A stretch of 64,000 nucleotides of DNA from positions 33,133 through 97,132 of the forward strand of contig JAJFJF010000007.1 of assembly GCA_021774255.1 (NCBI GenBank), written 5' to 3'. Each line of letters opens with the position of its first letter. Position 1 is the first letter of the stretch. Origin of the DNA: Gammaproteobacteria bacterium (lineage in GTDB: Bacteria > Pseudomonadota > Gammaproteobacteria > JAJFJF01). The position numbers and the translations under genes were made by a program. The notes beneath the pieces were generated by a model. The model made no database searches and was not told the DNA's origin. It saw only the letters and a program-made list of their open reading frames with translations. This document shows, one piece after another, positions 52,807 to 63,122 of the stretch.

Positions 52807-53745
52807 TTAAATTTTTTCGGCAACCCTTAAGCGTGCACTGCGCGCGCGAGGGTTATCTTCCACTTCTACTGTGCTTGCTGCTTCTGCCTTTCCTATTAAC
52901 CGCCAGTGCGGCACGGCATCGTGACCGAAAGGGAAATGCGCGGGTAGCGGTTCTGCACTCGCATCACCCCGCATAAATTGTTTTGTGATGCGATCTTCTA
53001 AAGAGTGAAACGTCACCACCACTAAACGCCCGCCGGCTGCCAATACGTTATAACTTGCTGCCAAGCATGCTTTTAAATCCTCTAACTCGCGATTAATAAA
53101 CAAACGTATCGCTAAAAAACTGCGCGTTGCCGGGTGCTTATGTTTTTCCCATGCTGGGTTGGCTGCTTTCACAATCTCCGCTAACTGTTTGGTGTCCGTT
53201 ATCGCCTCTGTTTCGCGTGCCGCCACAATGGCAGCGGCAATCCGGCGAGCATAGCGTTCTTCACCATATTCTTTTAATACGGCTGCCATCTCTTCTTCTG
53301 GCGCTTGCGCTATCCAGTCCGCTGCACTCATGCCTGCTGTCTGGTCCATTCGCATATCCAATGGCCCTGCTTGCATAAAACTAAAACCTCGCTCAGGCGT
53401 ATCAAGTTGTGGCGATGACACGCCTAAATCTAACAGCAATCCTGCCACTTTCCCTGTCCAACCCAAGCCTTCAACGATCGAAGCCACATTCGCAAAAGAA
53501 CCTTGCGCGATTTCTAATCGTTCATCTGTTGCGGCCACTTGTTTCGCCAAGGCGATCGCTTCGCTATCTTTATCAATCACCAACAAACGCCCTTTCGGCC
53601 CCAGCTGCTTCAAAATCGCTTGGCTATGCCCGCCGCGACCAAATGTCGCGTCGATGTAATAGCCTGCTGGTTTTATGGCTAAACCCGCAAGCGCCTCACC
53701 CAACATCACGGGCACATGGCTGTTTGTCTCATGAGTCACTTGCAT
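52807..53745 (-). CDS. rsmH: 16S rRNA m4C1402 methyltransferase
   Basis: DATFGRGGHS, DLGVSSPQ, FHSLEDR, NPRARSA. Confidence 0.97.
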   Translation of the reverse strand: MQVTHETNSHVPVMLGEALAGLAIKPAGYYIDATFGRGGHSQAILKQLGPKGRLLVIDKDSEAIALAKQVAATDERLEIAQGSFANVASIVEGLGWTGKVAGLLLDLGVSSPQLDTPERGFSFMQAGPLDMRMDQTAGMSAADWIAQAPEEEMAAVLKEYGEERYARRIAAAIVAARETEAITDTKQLAEIVKAANPAWEKHKHPATRSFLAIRLFINRELEDLKACLAASYNVLAAGGRLVVVTFHSLEDRITKQFMRGDASAEPLPAHFPFGHDAVPHWRLIGKAEAASTVEVEDNPRARSARLRVAEKI

Positions 53746-53763
53746 CGCACTTCATTATTGCCA

Positions 53764-54228
53764 TTATATGGAGAGCACCTGCAATGCTTCTGGCAATGAA
53801 GCGCTATCTTGCGGTGCACTGGCTGCCTCCAACCACACGTCGCGGCGCTGTTGCCAGTCTGTTTCACTCCAGAGTTCAAATTTCTTACCTTGCCCTACTA
53901 AAATCAGTGCTTTTTGCAGGCTGGCATAATCACGTAAAAGCGGCGGCACCATGATGCGCCCCGTGCCATCGAGCTCTGCTTCGGTGGCATGGCCAATTAA
54001 CAAGCGTTGAATGCGGCGTGATGTCGCATCAAAACTGGGTAACGCCTCCAGACGCGCTTCTATCGCCTCCCATTCAGGCAGGGGATACAGCAGCAAGCAG
54101 CGCTCATCCGTATCGATAGTCAAAACGAGTTTTCCTTCGCATCGTTCGTGCAGGCGCTCGCGGTAACGTACTGGCATGGCCATACGTCCTTTGCTGTCTA
54201 AATTAATTGAGCTGACACCACGAAACAC
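53764..54228 (-). CDS. mraZ: Transcriptional regulator MraZ
   Basis: MFRG, LDSKGR, DGTGR. Confidence 0.95.
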   Translation of the reverse strand: MFRGVSSINLDSKGRMAMPVRYRERLHERCEGKLVLTIDTDERCLLLYPLPEWEAIEARLEALPSFDATSRRIQRLLIGHATEAELDGTGRIMVPPLLRDYASLQKALILVGQGKKFELWSETDWQQRRDVWLEAASAPQDSASLPEALQVLSI

Positions 54229-54282
54229 GACACGAAACCTCTATAGTTATTGGCACTTAGGGATCTTTATTCACCAAAAAAA

Positions 54283-54307
54283 TCCACTTTCTCCCACATT
54301 CTGCCAC
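54283..54307 (-). promoter_or_regulatory. MraZ binding boxes
   Basis: GTGGC/GTGGG/GTGGA at 10-bp period upstream of mraZ. Confidence 0.75.
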
Positions 54308-54673
54308 TATATCGTATTTGACAAGGCTCTGCTATCCCTCTTAGTGCACAAACTGCACTCAAATCATCTTATTAACTCAAATTGAATCACACAATAATAG
54401 TTATCTAACAAGCTATTTCTCAGAATGCGAATATTAGCACAAAGCAGATCGCGTCCCTATCTTCCTAAGGAAATAAAAGCGCTTTTAGTGAGCTCTCACT
54501 GGCCCAGAACAATTAAAAATCGCGGAATAAAACCTTTATCTCGCGGTTTCCTCAATTTTTTTGATGCTTTCGCTGGGTATAACGGTAAAACAATAACTTA
54601 CGAGGCGGATTGCGAACAAAGAATACTCGATATGAGAAAAAATAAAGATGCTACTTTGAGAAGATAAAGAAAA

Positions 54674-55013
54674 AGGAGTCAGCCGATAAGCCGGGTTCTG
54701 TCGTGGGCAATCATTCATCTAGGCGCGACGTCGCCATCGCGCTCAAGCAGCCTACCCGGGTTCAGCGCGGGACACGCCTGTAGAACCCCTATTTGGCCTT
54801 GCTCCGAGTGGGGTTTGCCCTGCCGCTCCGGTTACCCGCAGCGCGGTGCGCTCTTACCGCACCATTTCACCCTTACCCGCTTGCGCAGGCGGTATATTTT
54901 CTGTGGCACTTTCCGTAGGCTTGCGCCCCCCAGGGATTACCTGGCACCCTTCCCTATGGAGCCCGGACTTTCCTCTCCGCTACTAATAGCGCAGCGATTG
55001 CCTGGCCAACTCC
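54674..55013 (-). ncRNA. rnpB: RNase P RNA (type A)
   Basis: GAGGAAAGTCCGGGCT near the 5' end and ACAGAACCCGGCTTA near the 3' end. Ends pair to form P1. Confidence 0.95.
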
Positions 55014-55020
55014 AACAGCC

Positions 55021-55049
55021 AGCATATCGCGTTATGCGTAAATTGGCAA
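55021..55049 (-). promoter_or_regulatory. Sigma70 promoter of rnpB
   Basis: TTGCCA-17 nt-TATGCT, 7 nt before the RNA 5' end. Confidence 0.7.
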
Positions 55050-55057
55050 AGGATGAG

Positions 55058-56440
55058 TTAGATCTGCAAGACAATCATTTTCTCTTGTGTCATATCGTGC
55101 ATCGTATAGCCAATACCGCCGAGGCTTAAGCCCGACTGACGACGGCCGCCAAAAGGCATCCAGTCTACGCGAAACGCCGTGTGATCGTTGACCATCACGG
55201 CCGTGGCATCCAGGCGCTTGACGGTATCCATGGCACTATCAATATGCTGGCTGAAAACGGCTGCTTGGAAAGCATACGGCAAGCTATTGGCCTGCGCGAT
55301 GGCTGCCAAACGATCGGTATAACTATAAACACACACCACCGGCCCAAACACTTCTAATGTTGAAATAGTGGCATCATCGGGTGGGTTGAGCAGCACCGTC
55401 GGTGCGTACGTGGTCTCGGATAATTTTTTACCGCCGCAAAAACATTGCGCGCCTTGTTCAATGGCCTCTGTCACCCATTTATGTACGCGATCGACTTCCG
55501 CTGGCACGATCAGCGGGCCCACTTCTGTCTTTTCATCGCGTGCATCGCCCACAATTAATTTTTCAGCGGCCTGCGCTAATTTTTTTGCCAATGATTCAGC
55601 CATTGCTTCAGGCGCAAACACACGCTGCACCGACACACACACTTGCCCGGCATGATAAAAGCCGCCTTTGACTAATTTAGGGAGCAGTGCATCAATATCA
55701 GCACTTTCATCAATAATCACCGGCGCCACACCGCCATGCTCCAACGCACAACGCACACCCGGTGCGACTTGTTGCCGTAACATCCAACCCACTTTACCTG
55801 AGCCAATAAAGCTTAAAAAAGCGATGCGCGGATCTTTGACCAGCAGCCCAACCGTTTCATTATCGCACACGCAAGATTGGCACCAACCTTCCGGCAAGCC
55901 TGCTTTTTGCAACAACGCTACCACTTTTAAACAATTAAGCGGCGTGCTTGACGCGGGCTTTACAATCACGGGGCAACCTGCCGCCACCGCCGCAATAGCT
56001 TGGTGAATAATTAAATTTAAAGGGTGATTAAAAGCGCTAATGGCCAGCACCACACCGATGGGCTCGCGCGTGGTAAACGCCACTTTACCTTCTGCTGCTG
56101 GCGTTAAGCCCATTGGAATTTCAGTGCCTTTTAAATGACTGAGCTCATGGATCGCTACACCCACACCATCAATGGCACGTGCCACTTCCACACGTGCATC
56201 GATCAAGGGCTTGCCGCCCTCACTGGCAATGAGATAAGCCAGCTCTTCTTTTTGCGCCTCCATCAAGGGGATCAATTTATTTAAAATGGCAATGCGCTGA
56301 TGCGGTGGCAACCACGCATCCCTGTCATTAAATAAGGCTTTTGCTGTTGATAGCATACGTTCGACATCGTCTGCCGTTTGCATCTCCACATCAGCAATGT
56401 GTGATTGATCAAAAGGACAATACACCGCTAGTTTTTTCAT
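55058..56440 (-). CDS. Aldehyde dehydrogenase family protein
   Basis: AFNHPLNL, FIGSG, LEHGG, GQVCVS, EVFGP. ATGA overlap with the upstream gene. Confidence 0.9.
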   Translation of the reverse strand: MKKLAVYCPFDQSHIADVEMQTADDVERMLSTAKALFNDRDAWLPPHQRIAILNKLIPLMEAQKEELAYLIASEGGKPLIDARVEVARAIDGVGVAIHELSHLKGTEIPMGLTPAAEGKVAFTTREPIGVVLAISAFNHPLNLIIHQAIAAVAAGCPVIVKPASSTPLNCLKVVALLQKAGLPEGWCQSCVCDNETVGLLVKDPRIAFLSFIGSGKVGWMLRQQVAPGVRCALEHGGVAPVIIDESADIDALLPKLVKGGFYHAGQVCVSVQRVFAPEAMAESLAKKLAQAAEKLIVGDARDEKTEVGPLIVPAEVDRVHKWVTEAIEQGAQCFCGGKKLSETTYAPTVLLNPPDDATISTLEVFGPVVCVYSYTDRLAAIAQANSLPYAFQAAVFSQHIDSAMDTVKRLDATAVMVNDHTAFRVDWMPFGGRRQSGLSLGGIGYTMHDMTQEKMIVLQI

Positions 56441-58098
56441 ATTAAACACACCTTATGTTTTAATTCATCGATGAGCACGCGTTGGTTTTCAGAGTAATCC
56501 ACTGGCGTATCAATTAAATGCACACCGCCTGCCTTGAAACAATGCTGCAACGTCGGCACAAAGTCTTCGGTTTTTTCAATGCGGTGGCCTTTGGCGCCGT
56601 AACTTTTCGCGTACGCGACAAAATCGGGGTTACCAAAATCTAAACTGTAGTCCGGAAAGCCATAGTCTTCTTGTTTCCAGCGGATCATCCCGTAGGCATC
56701 ATCACGCAATATCAACACGACTAAATTTAATTTCAAGCGCACGGCTGTCTCCATTTCTTGTGAGTTCATCATAAAACCGCCGTCACCGCAGATAGCCATC
56801 ACTTGGCGCTCAGGATACAACATCGCCGCCATCATCGCACTGGGCAAACCCGCGCCCATACTCGCCAACGCATTGTCGAGCAACACCGTGTTGGGTTCAT
56901 GTGCAAGATAATTGCGTGCAAACCAAATTTTATAAATGCCGTTATCCAGCGCAATCACACCATTACACGGCATCGCCGTACGCACATCGGCGACGACACG
57001 CTGCGGAATAAGGGGAAAGGCAGGGTCGTCGCTGCGCTCAACAATATGCGTATCAATACCGTTTTTGACGCGTTTAAAATAATCAAAATCGTACTCTGGT
57101 ATATCCGTCAACCCTTCTGTTAAGCGCCGTATGGTTGTACCGATATCACCCACGACTTCAAGTTGTGGGAAATACACGGGATCTACATGCGCAGGCAAAA
57201 AGTTGATATGGATCACATGATGTTTATCACCTTGCTCCATAAGAAACGGCGGTTTCTCAACAATATCGTGACCGACATTAATAATGAGATCGGCCTGCTC
57301 AATCGCACAATGCAAATAATCACCCGAAGACAAAGCCGCCGTGCCCAAAAAGCACGGATGGCGCTCATCAATTACGCCTTTACCCATCTGCGTATTAAAA
57401 AATGGGATCTGTGTTTTCTCAACGAATTCTGATAGCGACTCGTGCGCCCATTTTCGGTTGGCACCGGCACCAATTAAGAGCAACGGTTTTTTGGCCGCCT
57501 GCAGCATTTGAATGGCGCGCGCGATTGCTTTTTGATCGGCATCGGGGCGCCGCGCATGCGTCACCGTAAAGAGCACGGGTTCATCTGTTTTTTCTTCTGC
57601 AATATCTTCGGGCAATTCAAGATGCACGGGGCCGGGGCACTCTTCGGCCGCCAAGCGAAACGATTCTCGCACTAAAGAAGGAATAGACGCACTGCCGACG
57701 ACTTGGCGTGTCATTTTGGTGAGCGGCTCCAGCATGCGCACCACATCGACAATCTGAAAGCGCCCTTGTTTACTGCTTTTGATGGGCTTTTGCCCGGTGA
57801 GCATCACCATCGGCATGCCGCCGAGTTTGGCATAAGCCGCCGCGGTGACTAGATTAGTCGCCCCTGGCCCCAACGTTGACAGGCATACTCCCGGCTCACC
57901 GGTTAAGCGGCCGTATGTCGCGGCCATAAAGCCCGCGGCCTGTTCATGGCGGGTTAAAATAAATTGAATGCTAGAAGTGCGGATGGATTCCAGCAAATCA
58001 AGATTTTCTTCCCCCGGCACACCGAAGATGTATTTCACGCCTTCGTTTTCCAAGGCACGTACAAAGAGATCTGAGGCTTTTGATTTTTTCGCTGGCAT
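56437..58098 (-). CDS. Acetolactate synthase large subunit-like ThDP enzyme
   Basis: FGVPGEEN, RHEQAAGFMA, GDGGFMMN. No small subunit adjacent. Confidence 0.88.
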   Translation of the reverse strand: MPAKKSKASDLFVRALENEGVKYIFGVPGEENLDLLESIRTSSIQFILTRHEQAAGFMAATYGRLTGEPGVCLSTLGPGATNLVTAAAYAKLGGMPMVMLTGQKPIKSSKQGRFQIVDVVRMLEPLTKMTRQVVGSASIPSLVRESFRLAAEECPGPVHLELPEDIAEEKTDEPVLFTVTHARRPDADQKAIARAIQMLQAAKKPLLLIGAGANRKWAHESLSEFVEKTQIPFFNTQMGKGVIDERHPCFLGTAALSSGDYLHCAIEQADLIINVGHDIVEKPPFLMEQGDKHHVIHINFLPAHVDPVYFPQLEVVGDIGTTIRRLTEGLTDIPEYDFDYFKRVKNGIDTHIVERSDDPAFPLIPQRVVADVRTAMPCNGVIALDNGIYKIWFARNYLAHEPNTVLLDNALASMGAGLPSAMMAAMLYPERQVMAICGDGGFMMNSQEMETAVRLKLNLVVLILRDDAYGMIRWKQEDYGFPDYSLDFGNPDFVAYAKSYGAKGHRIEKTEDFVPTLQHCFKAGGVHLIDTPVDYSENQRVLIDELKHKVCLI

Positions 58099-58186
58099 AG
58101 AGGCGCTTCCCTAAAAAAATTATCCCTATTGAGAGTTTAGCATTTTTTGCGACGGCTTCTGAGCTTGGCATGTCTTTTAAGCCCAA

Positions 58187-58202
58187 TAGATATGCCCGAC
58201 CC
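58187..58202 (+). repeat. 16-bp direct repeat, left copy
   Basis: tagatatgcccgaccc, identical at 59141. Confidence 0.8.
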
Positions 58203-58345
58203 TTTAATTCATATAAATATAACTCATCATCTTATGAGTCATAAAAATAGGATATTCACTCTCAACTCATGTAAAAATGCTCCTCTAAACTCCAAATTGC
58301 GGCACAAAATGGAGATTTCACTTCCATTTTCGCGCAAAAATTAGA

Positions 58346-59113
58346 ATGGCGCCCAAGATATATGCTAAAAACGAAAGCCTCTCTCTAGGACTACTGCCAT
58401 TGGTACTCGCAGCACCTGTCCCTGAAGAGGTATTGCGTGCTTACATCGGTTTATATTTGCGTGAGGAAGTACAAGCAGAAGGGATGGTGCGAAATATTGG
58501 CCACTTCTCACGCTTTTTAGAAGCCATTAGCTTTTCTCACGCAAGCTTACTGAACGTTAGCCAAGTGGCACGCGAGTGTGAAGTGGGGAGAAAGATTGTT
58601 GAGGGCTACCTTAACGTATTAGAAGATTTATTGCTCGGCTACCGGCTACCTGTTTTTACCCGGCGCGCCAAACGCGCGACCGTTGCACACCCCAAGTTTT
58701 ATTACTTCGATGCAGGTGTCTTTACCCACATACGCCCTAAAGGACCACTGGATAAACCACAAGAAATAGCCGGTGCGGCACTAGAAGGCTTAGTCGTACA
58801 ACATCTGAAAGCATGGAATGCTTACCAAGCTGAATCCTTCTCACTTTACTTTTGGCGAACACGCGCTGGCGTTGAAGTCGATTTCATTGTGTATGGCGAG
58901 GCTGGTTTTTGGGCAATTGAAGTGAAGCATGCAAACAAAATTTATAATAGGGATTTACGAGGCCTACGAAGCTTTTGCGAAGATTACCCAGAAGCCACGC
59001 CTCTGATGCTTTATCGTGGTACAGAGCGACTTAAGATACACGGTATTTTATGTTTACCCGTTGAGGAATTTTTAAAGACGCTCAAACCTGGTAAGCCACT
59101 GATGGCAGTATGA
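58346..59113 (+). pseudogene. N-terminally deleted COG1373 ATPase (DUF4143 half retained)
   Basis: PKFYYFDAG, GAALEG, YFWRT, EVDFI and AIEVK present. Walker A/B absent. Confidence 0.7.
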
Positions 59114-59140
59114 AAATAATCAATATTCTTTTGAAACTAT

Positions 59141-59156
59141 TAGATATGCCCGACCC
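59141..59156 (+). repeat. 16-bp direct repeat, right copy
   Basis: tagatatgcccgaccc. Confidence 0.8.
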
Positions 59157-59287
59157 CTTTTGTGGTTTTTTTAAAAAGCCACTTAAAGAGGCGTAGTGCT
59201 GTGTCTTGTCGTGCATGTTGCAAAACATATGCGTGATGCTAGTAATAAATACAAGCATGCCAAGATTACGCTGAATTTGACTATGGC

Positions 59288-62200
59288 TTATGTGTCCCCA
59301 CCAAGCAAGTCTTGTGTCATGCCAGCTTCTCCTCCGTCTGCTTCTGATCTGTTTCCAAGTGTCATCATCGCAACATGATGACGACGCTTAGGCCGAACCG
59401 TTTGCGAGCCAACCTGCTGCCAACTTTTTGCGCCACTTTCTTCTGCTGCCTGATAAACGTGCAATTCAAACTCCGCCAAAATCCGGCCGTCATAACCATA
59501 AACACGGACGGTAATGATGCCGACGTCATTTTCTTGGGGCGTGCCAGAGAGTGTGTCTAACGTTGAACCCTGTAGCCAGTTTGGCAGAAGTTGTTTTTTG
59601 GTCAGTCTTTTTCCTGCAATAAATACCTGCACGTATTCAATTTCATTGGCTTTGTTTTTCAACTGCGGCAAACTAGTCAATGTAAAGTTATATTCTTCAC
59701 CCACCTTTGTAATTTGCCGCGGTGCGCGGTACTTACGCCCAGCAAACCAATTCCACAGTAGGTAATAATAACGATACCCTGCAAACAGCACAGACAATAT
59801 CGTACCAATTGGCGCGGCGGCCTTGATAAAAAGCTCCCAAAACGATTCGCCTTCTACAAACAGATAAAATGTTTCCACCACACTTGCTTGCCCATCGCTG
59901 GCTCTGACTTCAATCGTGTGCTGCCTGTCAGCATAGAAATCAGTATGCCACATGCCTGGTTTACCTGAGAGGGCTTGTAAAATAGGATCAAACCCTAACC
60001 ATTCCGGTAGCGACCGACCACCTGCTTGTGAAACAGTGACATTCAAGTCGTCATAGTTGACGTCTATAAAAGTATCTTTGAGCAACAGCGAAAAAAGCTG
60101 CCCCACTTGCGCAACCTGACTGCCGATGGAATTTTTCACGACGGGTGGCTGGTTTGTTGTATCTTCAATCGTCAAAGTAAAGGTATCAAGCGCATACGCC
60201 CCCTCTACATCCGTTGCACGCACCGTAACACGCAGTATCTCGGGTGAGACGGGCAAACCCGAAAAAGTACGTGTGGCATTTGCAAAAGTGAGCCAGTCAG
60301 GCAACGCGCCGCCACCTTCTAACGTGGCACTGTAGCTCAACACGCCGCCATCGGGGTCTTCAAACGTGCCTTCAGCAAATATAAAAGTAAACTCACGCTT
60401 TGTGTAGCCCGTTTGTGCCGGGATTTTGATTGCTAAAATCGGTGGGTGGTTACCTGCAATTTCAGAAATCGTCAGCCCAAAACTCAGCGACGCTGTGGCA
60501 TTGAACGGATCCGTTGCGATCACTGCCAGCATCAAAAAGCCGACGTTTTCAGACACCCCTGAAAAAGTGATCGCTTCTGGGTCAAACACTATCCACGGTA
60601 GCAGCTCCCCGCCCCCAAACAGGCTCGCACCAAAAACTAATATGTCATCATCCAAATCGTAAAAAGATCCGGACGGTACACTAAAGGCAAATGGCTGACG
60701 CAAGGTCGCGACTTGATTGGGGTACGGCGTCGTGACGATCGGCGCGCTATTGGGCGTGACGATTTCAAACACCGTGCTCACGGCACCACCAAAGCCATCG
60801 CTGACAGTGAGGTTCACCCAGAACGTGCCGCGAGTGGTGGCAGTGCCTGAAAAAATCCCGAGTACCGAATTAAATTGCAGCCAGGCAGGGAGCGGCCCAC
60901 CGTCAAGCGCCTTGGCAGAAAAATCCAGTTTGTCACCATCATCATCAAAAAAAGCCGCCTCTGGCACAATAAACTGGAACGCCACGCCGTTGCGCGCGGT
61001 TTGTGCTGGGATAGCAGACTGCACTGTGGGCGCACGATTTGGTAGCGTGAGTGTGAAAGTCGTGCTTGTACACTTATCTGGCACGTTGCAGGCTTTCACG
61101 CTGATTTCTAGGCTCCCTTGTGCACCCGAGAGCGGCGTGCCCACAAACGTCTGTGTGTCTTTGAGAAAAGCTAACCAAGGCGGCAATGGGAACCCACTCA
61201 CCAAGGAGGCTTCGTAGATAAGCAACAAACCATTTGGGTCAATAAAAATATCCGCTGGCAATGTAAAAGAAAGGAATTGGCCAATGAAATGTCTCTGGGG
61301 AACAATAGCATTCTCAAGCAAAGGAAGCGCAATATGGGCACGCAATAACGGGTAGGTATACCCTGATCTCAGAAACCAAATTGAGGTAAAATCCCACCCT
61401 GTAAAGGTAGAATGTTGTTGCATATCTGCTGTTATTCTACCCTCGCCACCATCACTAGTCGATTGCCCAGAGATTTCAACATCCCAATAACTTTTTTGCA
61501 CGCTAATACTCCAAGCTTCCTTGCCTATTAACCCTCCTGTCGTACTGGAGCCAACGACTTGAGCTTTTGCATAACTATTTTCGATAATTGTTTCGCGAGA
61601 ACCAAGATTCTGCCTCCAATCTTCTCCTAACAAACCACCTACATTACTTGTGCCAACCACATCTCCTCCAGCATAGCTATTTTCAATAGTGATGCCGTAT
61701 CCACTACCAACTAAGCCCCCAACACCACTAGCCCCTCTCACGTCACCTAACGCATAAGAAAGCTCAATGATCATTCTTTCACTGTTTCCAACCAGACCAC
61801 CAACCTTATCACCAGAACCCATAACCTCGCAGTTAGAATAGGCAGAGACTATAAATCTCTCTGTTGAAAGAATACCTACTAACCCACCCACTGCAGTCGC
61901 ACCTGATACTCTACCTGTACTATGGCAACTTAGTATGTCATCACCACTATAACCTACGAGTCCACCTACATACGATGAACCAGTCACATAGATATTCTCA
62001 GCATAGCTCTCCACTGTTAAGCCATACTGTCCACCAGCAAGTCCGCCCACACTATCTGAACCCTGAATGTTACCTTCTTCAACAAAGCAGCTGCTTACCA
62101 TACCCCAGCTCCACCCCGCTAGTGCACCAACGAAATCATTCCCTGCTATCTGAGCATTCTTTAAGCCAACGTTATGGATGCGCGATAAGCTATAAGTATA

Positions 62201-62533
62201 TCCAAACAAGCCAACGCTGCGGCTGGTTGTGGGACGGTTGATGGTGAGGTTAAAGATGATGTGATGATTGCCCTGAAATGTGCCGGTAAACCTCCTGTAG
62301 CTGTCGTTATCTATGTAGTAACCCACTGGGTTAAACCCCTGTCCACCGTTCCAAGCAGCAGTCTCAGCACAATCAATGTCATTCATTAGCTCATAATCCC
62401 CGCCCAAATCATCTTCCATCGCCTGCAACTCGAGGCAGGTACGGATGGGAATGAAAGCCTGTGCTTGAATCTCCGCTATCCACAGGCACATAAACAACAA
62501 ACGCAGTGCCTGCCCACGCATGCACCGTGCCAT
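59288..62533 (-). CDS. Single-pass membrane protein: signal peptide, GLUG head, five He_PIG/cadherin-like domains, TM helix, Ig-like tail
   Basis: VGGLVG repeats, five LPxW...SG units, TM AAAPIGTILSVLFAGY. Confidence 0.85.
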   Translation of the reverse strand: MARCMRGQALRLLFMCLWIAEIQAQAFIPIRTCLELQAMEDDLGGDYELMNDIDCAETAAWNGGQGFNPVGYYIDNDSYRRFTGTFQGNHHIIFNLTINRPTTSRSVGLFGYTYSLSRIHNVGLKNAQIAGNDFVGALAGWSWGMVSSCFVEEGNIQGSDSVGGLAGGQYGLTVESYAENIYVTGSSYVGGLVGYSGDDILSCHSTGRVSGATAVGGLVGILSTERFIVSAYSNCEVMGSGDKVGGLVGNSERMIIELSYALGDVRGASGVGGLVGSGYGITIENSYAGGDVVGTSNVGGLLGEDWRQNLGSRETIIENSYAKAQVVGSSTTGGLIGKEAWSISVQKSYWDVEISGQSTSDGGEGRITADMQQHSTFTGWDFTSIWFLRSGYTYPLLRAHIALPLLENAIVPQRHFIGQFLSFTLPADIFIDPNGLLLIYEASLVSGFPLPPWLAFLKDTQTFVGTPLSGAQGSLEISVKACNVPDKCTSTTFTLTLPNRAPTVQSAIPAQTARNGVAFQFIVPEAAFFDDDGDKLDFSAKALDGGPLPAWLQFNSVLGIFSGTATTRGTFWVNLTVSDGFGGAVSTVFEIVTPNSAPIVTTPYPNQVATLRQPFAFSVPSGSFYDLDDDILVFGASLFGGGELLPWIVFDPEAITFSGVSENVGFLMLAVIATDPFNATASLSFGLTISEIAGNHPPILAIKIPAQTGYTKREFTFIFAEGTFEDPDGGVLSYSATLEGGGALPDWLTFANATRTFSGLPVSPEILRVTVRATDVEGAYALDTFTLTIEDTTNQPPVVKNSIGSQVAQVGQLFSLLLKDTFIDVNYDDLNVTVSQAGGRSLPEWLGFDPILQALSGKPGMWHTDFYADRQHTIEVRASDGQASVVETFYLFVEGESFWELFIKAAAPIGTILSVLFAGYRYYYLLWNWFAGRKYRAPRQITKVGEEYNFTLTSLPQLKNKANEIEYVQVFIAGKRLTKKQLLPNWLQGSTLDTLSGTPQENDVGIITVRVYGYDGRILAEFELHVYQAAEESGAKSWQQVGSQTVRPKRRHHVAMMTLGNRSEADGGEAGMTQDLLGGDT

Positions 62534-62671
62534 TTCCTAATCTTATTGAAATGCGGTATTGCTTTTGAAAGAAAGCCTGTGAAGCCTGAAGACAAAATCA
62601 AAAAACAGTCAGACACGTATGGATGATGACGTGCCTCAACTCAACGCGTTTTACTCTTCTCTGATAATAGA

Positions 62672-62688
62672 GTAACAGGGAGAGGTAA
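62672..62688 (-). promoter_or_regulatory. TTAC-N7-TGTTAC element upstream of 59288..62533
   Basis: Sense aaacTTACctctcccTGTTAC, exact match, 138 nt before the ATG. Confidence 0.65.
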
Positions 62689-63122
62689 GTTTTATCGGGA
62701 AGTCAGTTAACTTTGGTTGCTCGAAAGTGCGAATAGCAAATAGCAACCATCAGCTGCTTTTTGATCCCCGTAACATGAAGTACCCAGCCGCAGGGTCTAA
62801 GAGGTGCGACGTGCAAAACATTTTCTTCACCAGGTAAAGCGTTTTCATCTCAACGTTTAGAACAAAATATATTTATATAAGAAATGCCTGACCCTTTTGG
62901 GGAAGGTTTTTAAAAAGACTTAAAGCAGCACAATGCTACCGCTTGTGATGCAAGGGAAAATGATGCTCGCACCAAGTGCTGGGCGCCCAAAAGCTTGCTA
63001 AACTTGAGCAGCTCTCATACAAACGCAATCAGTAAACCTTCATCTGCATCATTTCCTCCTCCGCCTGCTTTTGATCTTTCTCAAGCCTGGCAGCATAAAA
63101 GAGGCTTACTACGCCGAACGGC

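Noticed and set aside
54425..54718. Small ORFs between rnpB and mraZ
   Set aside because: Short, AT-rich, partly overlapping rnpB, with no recognisable motif.
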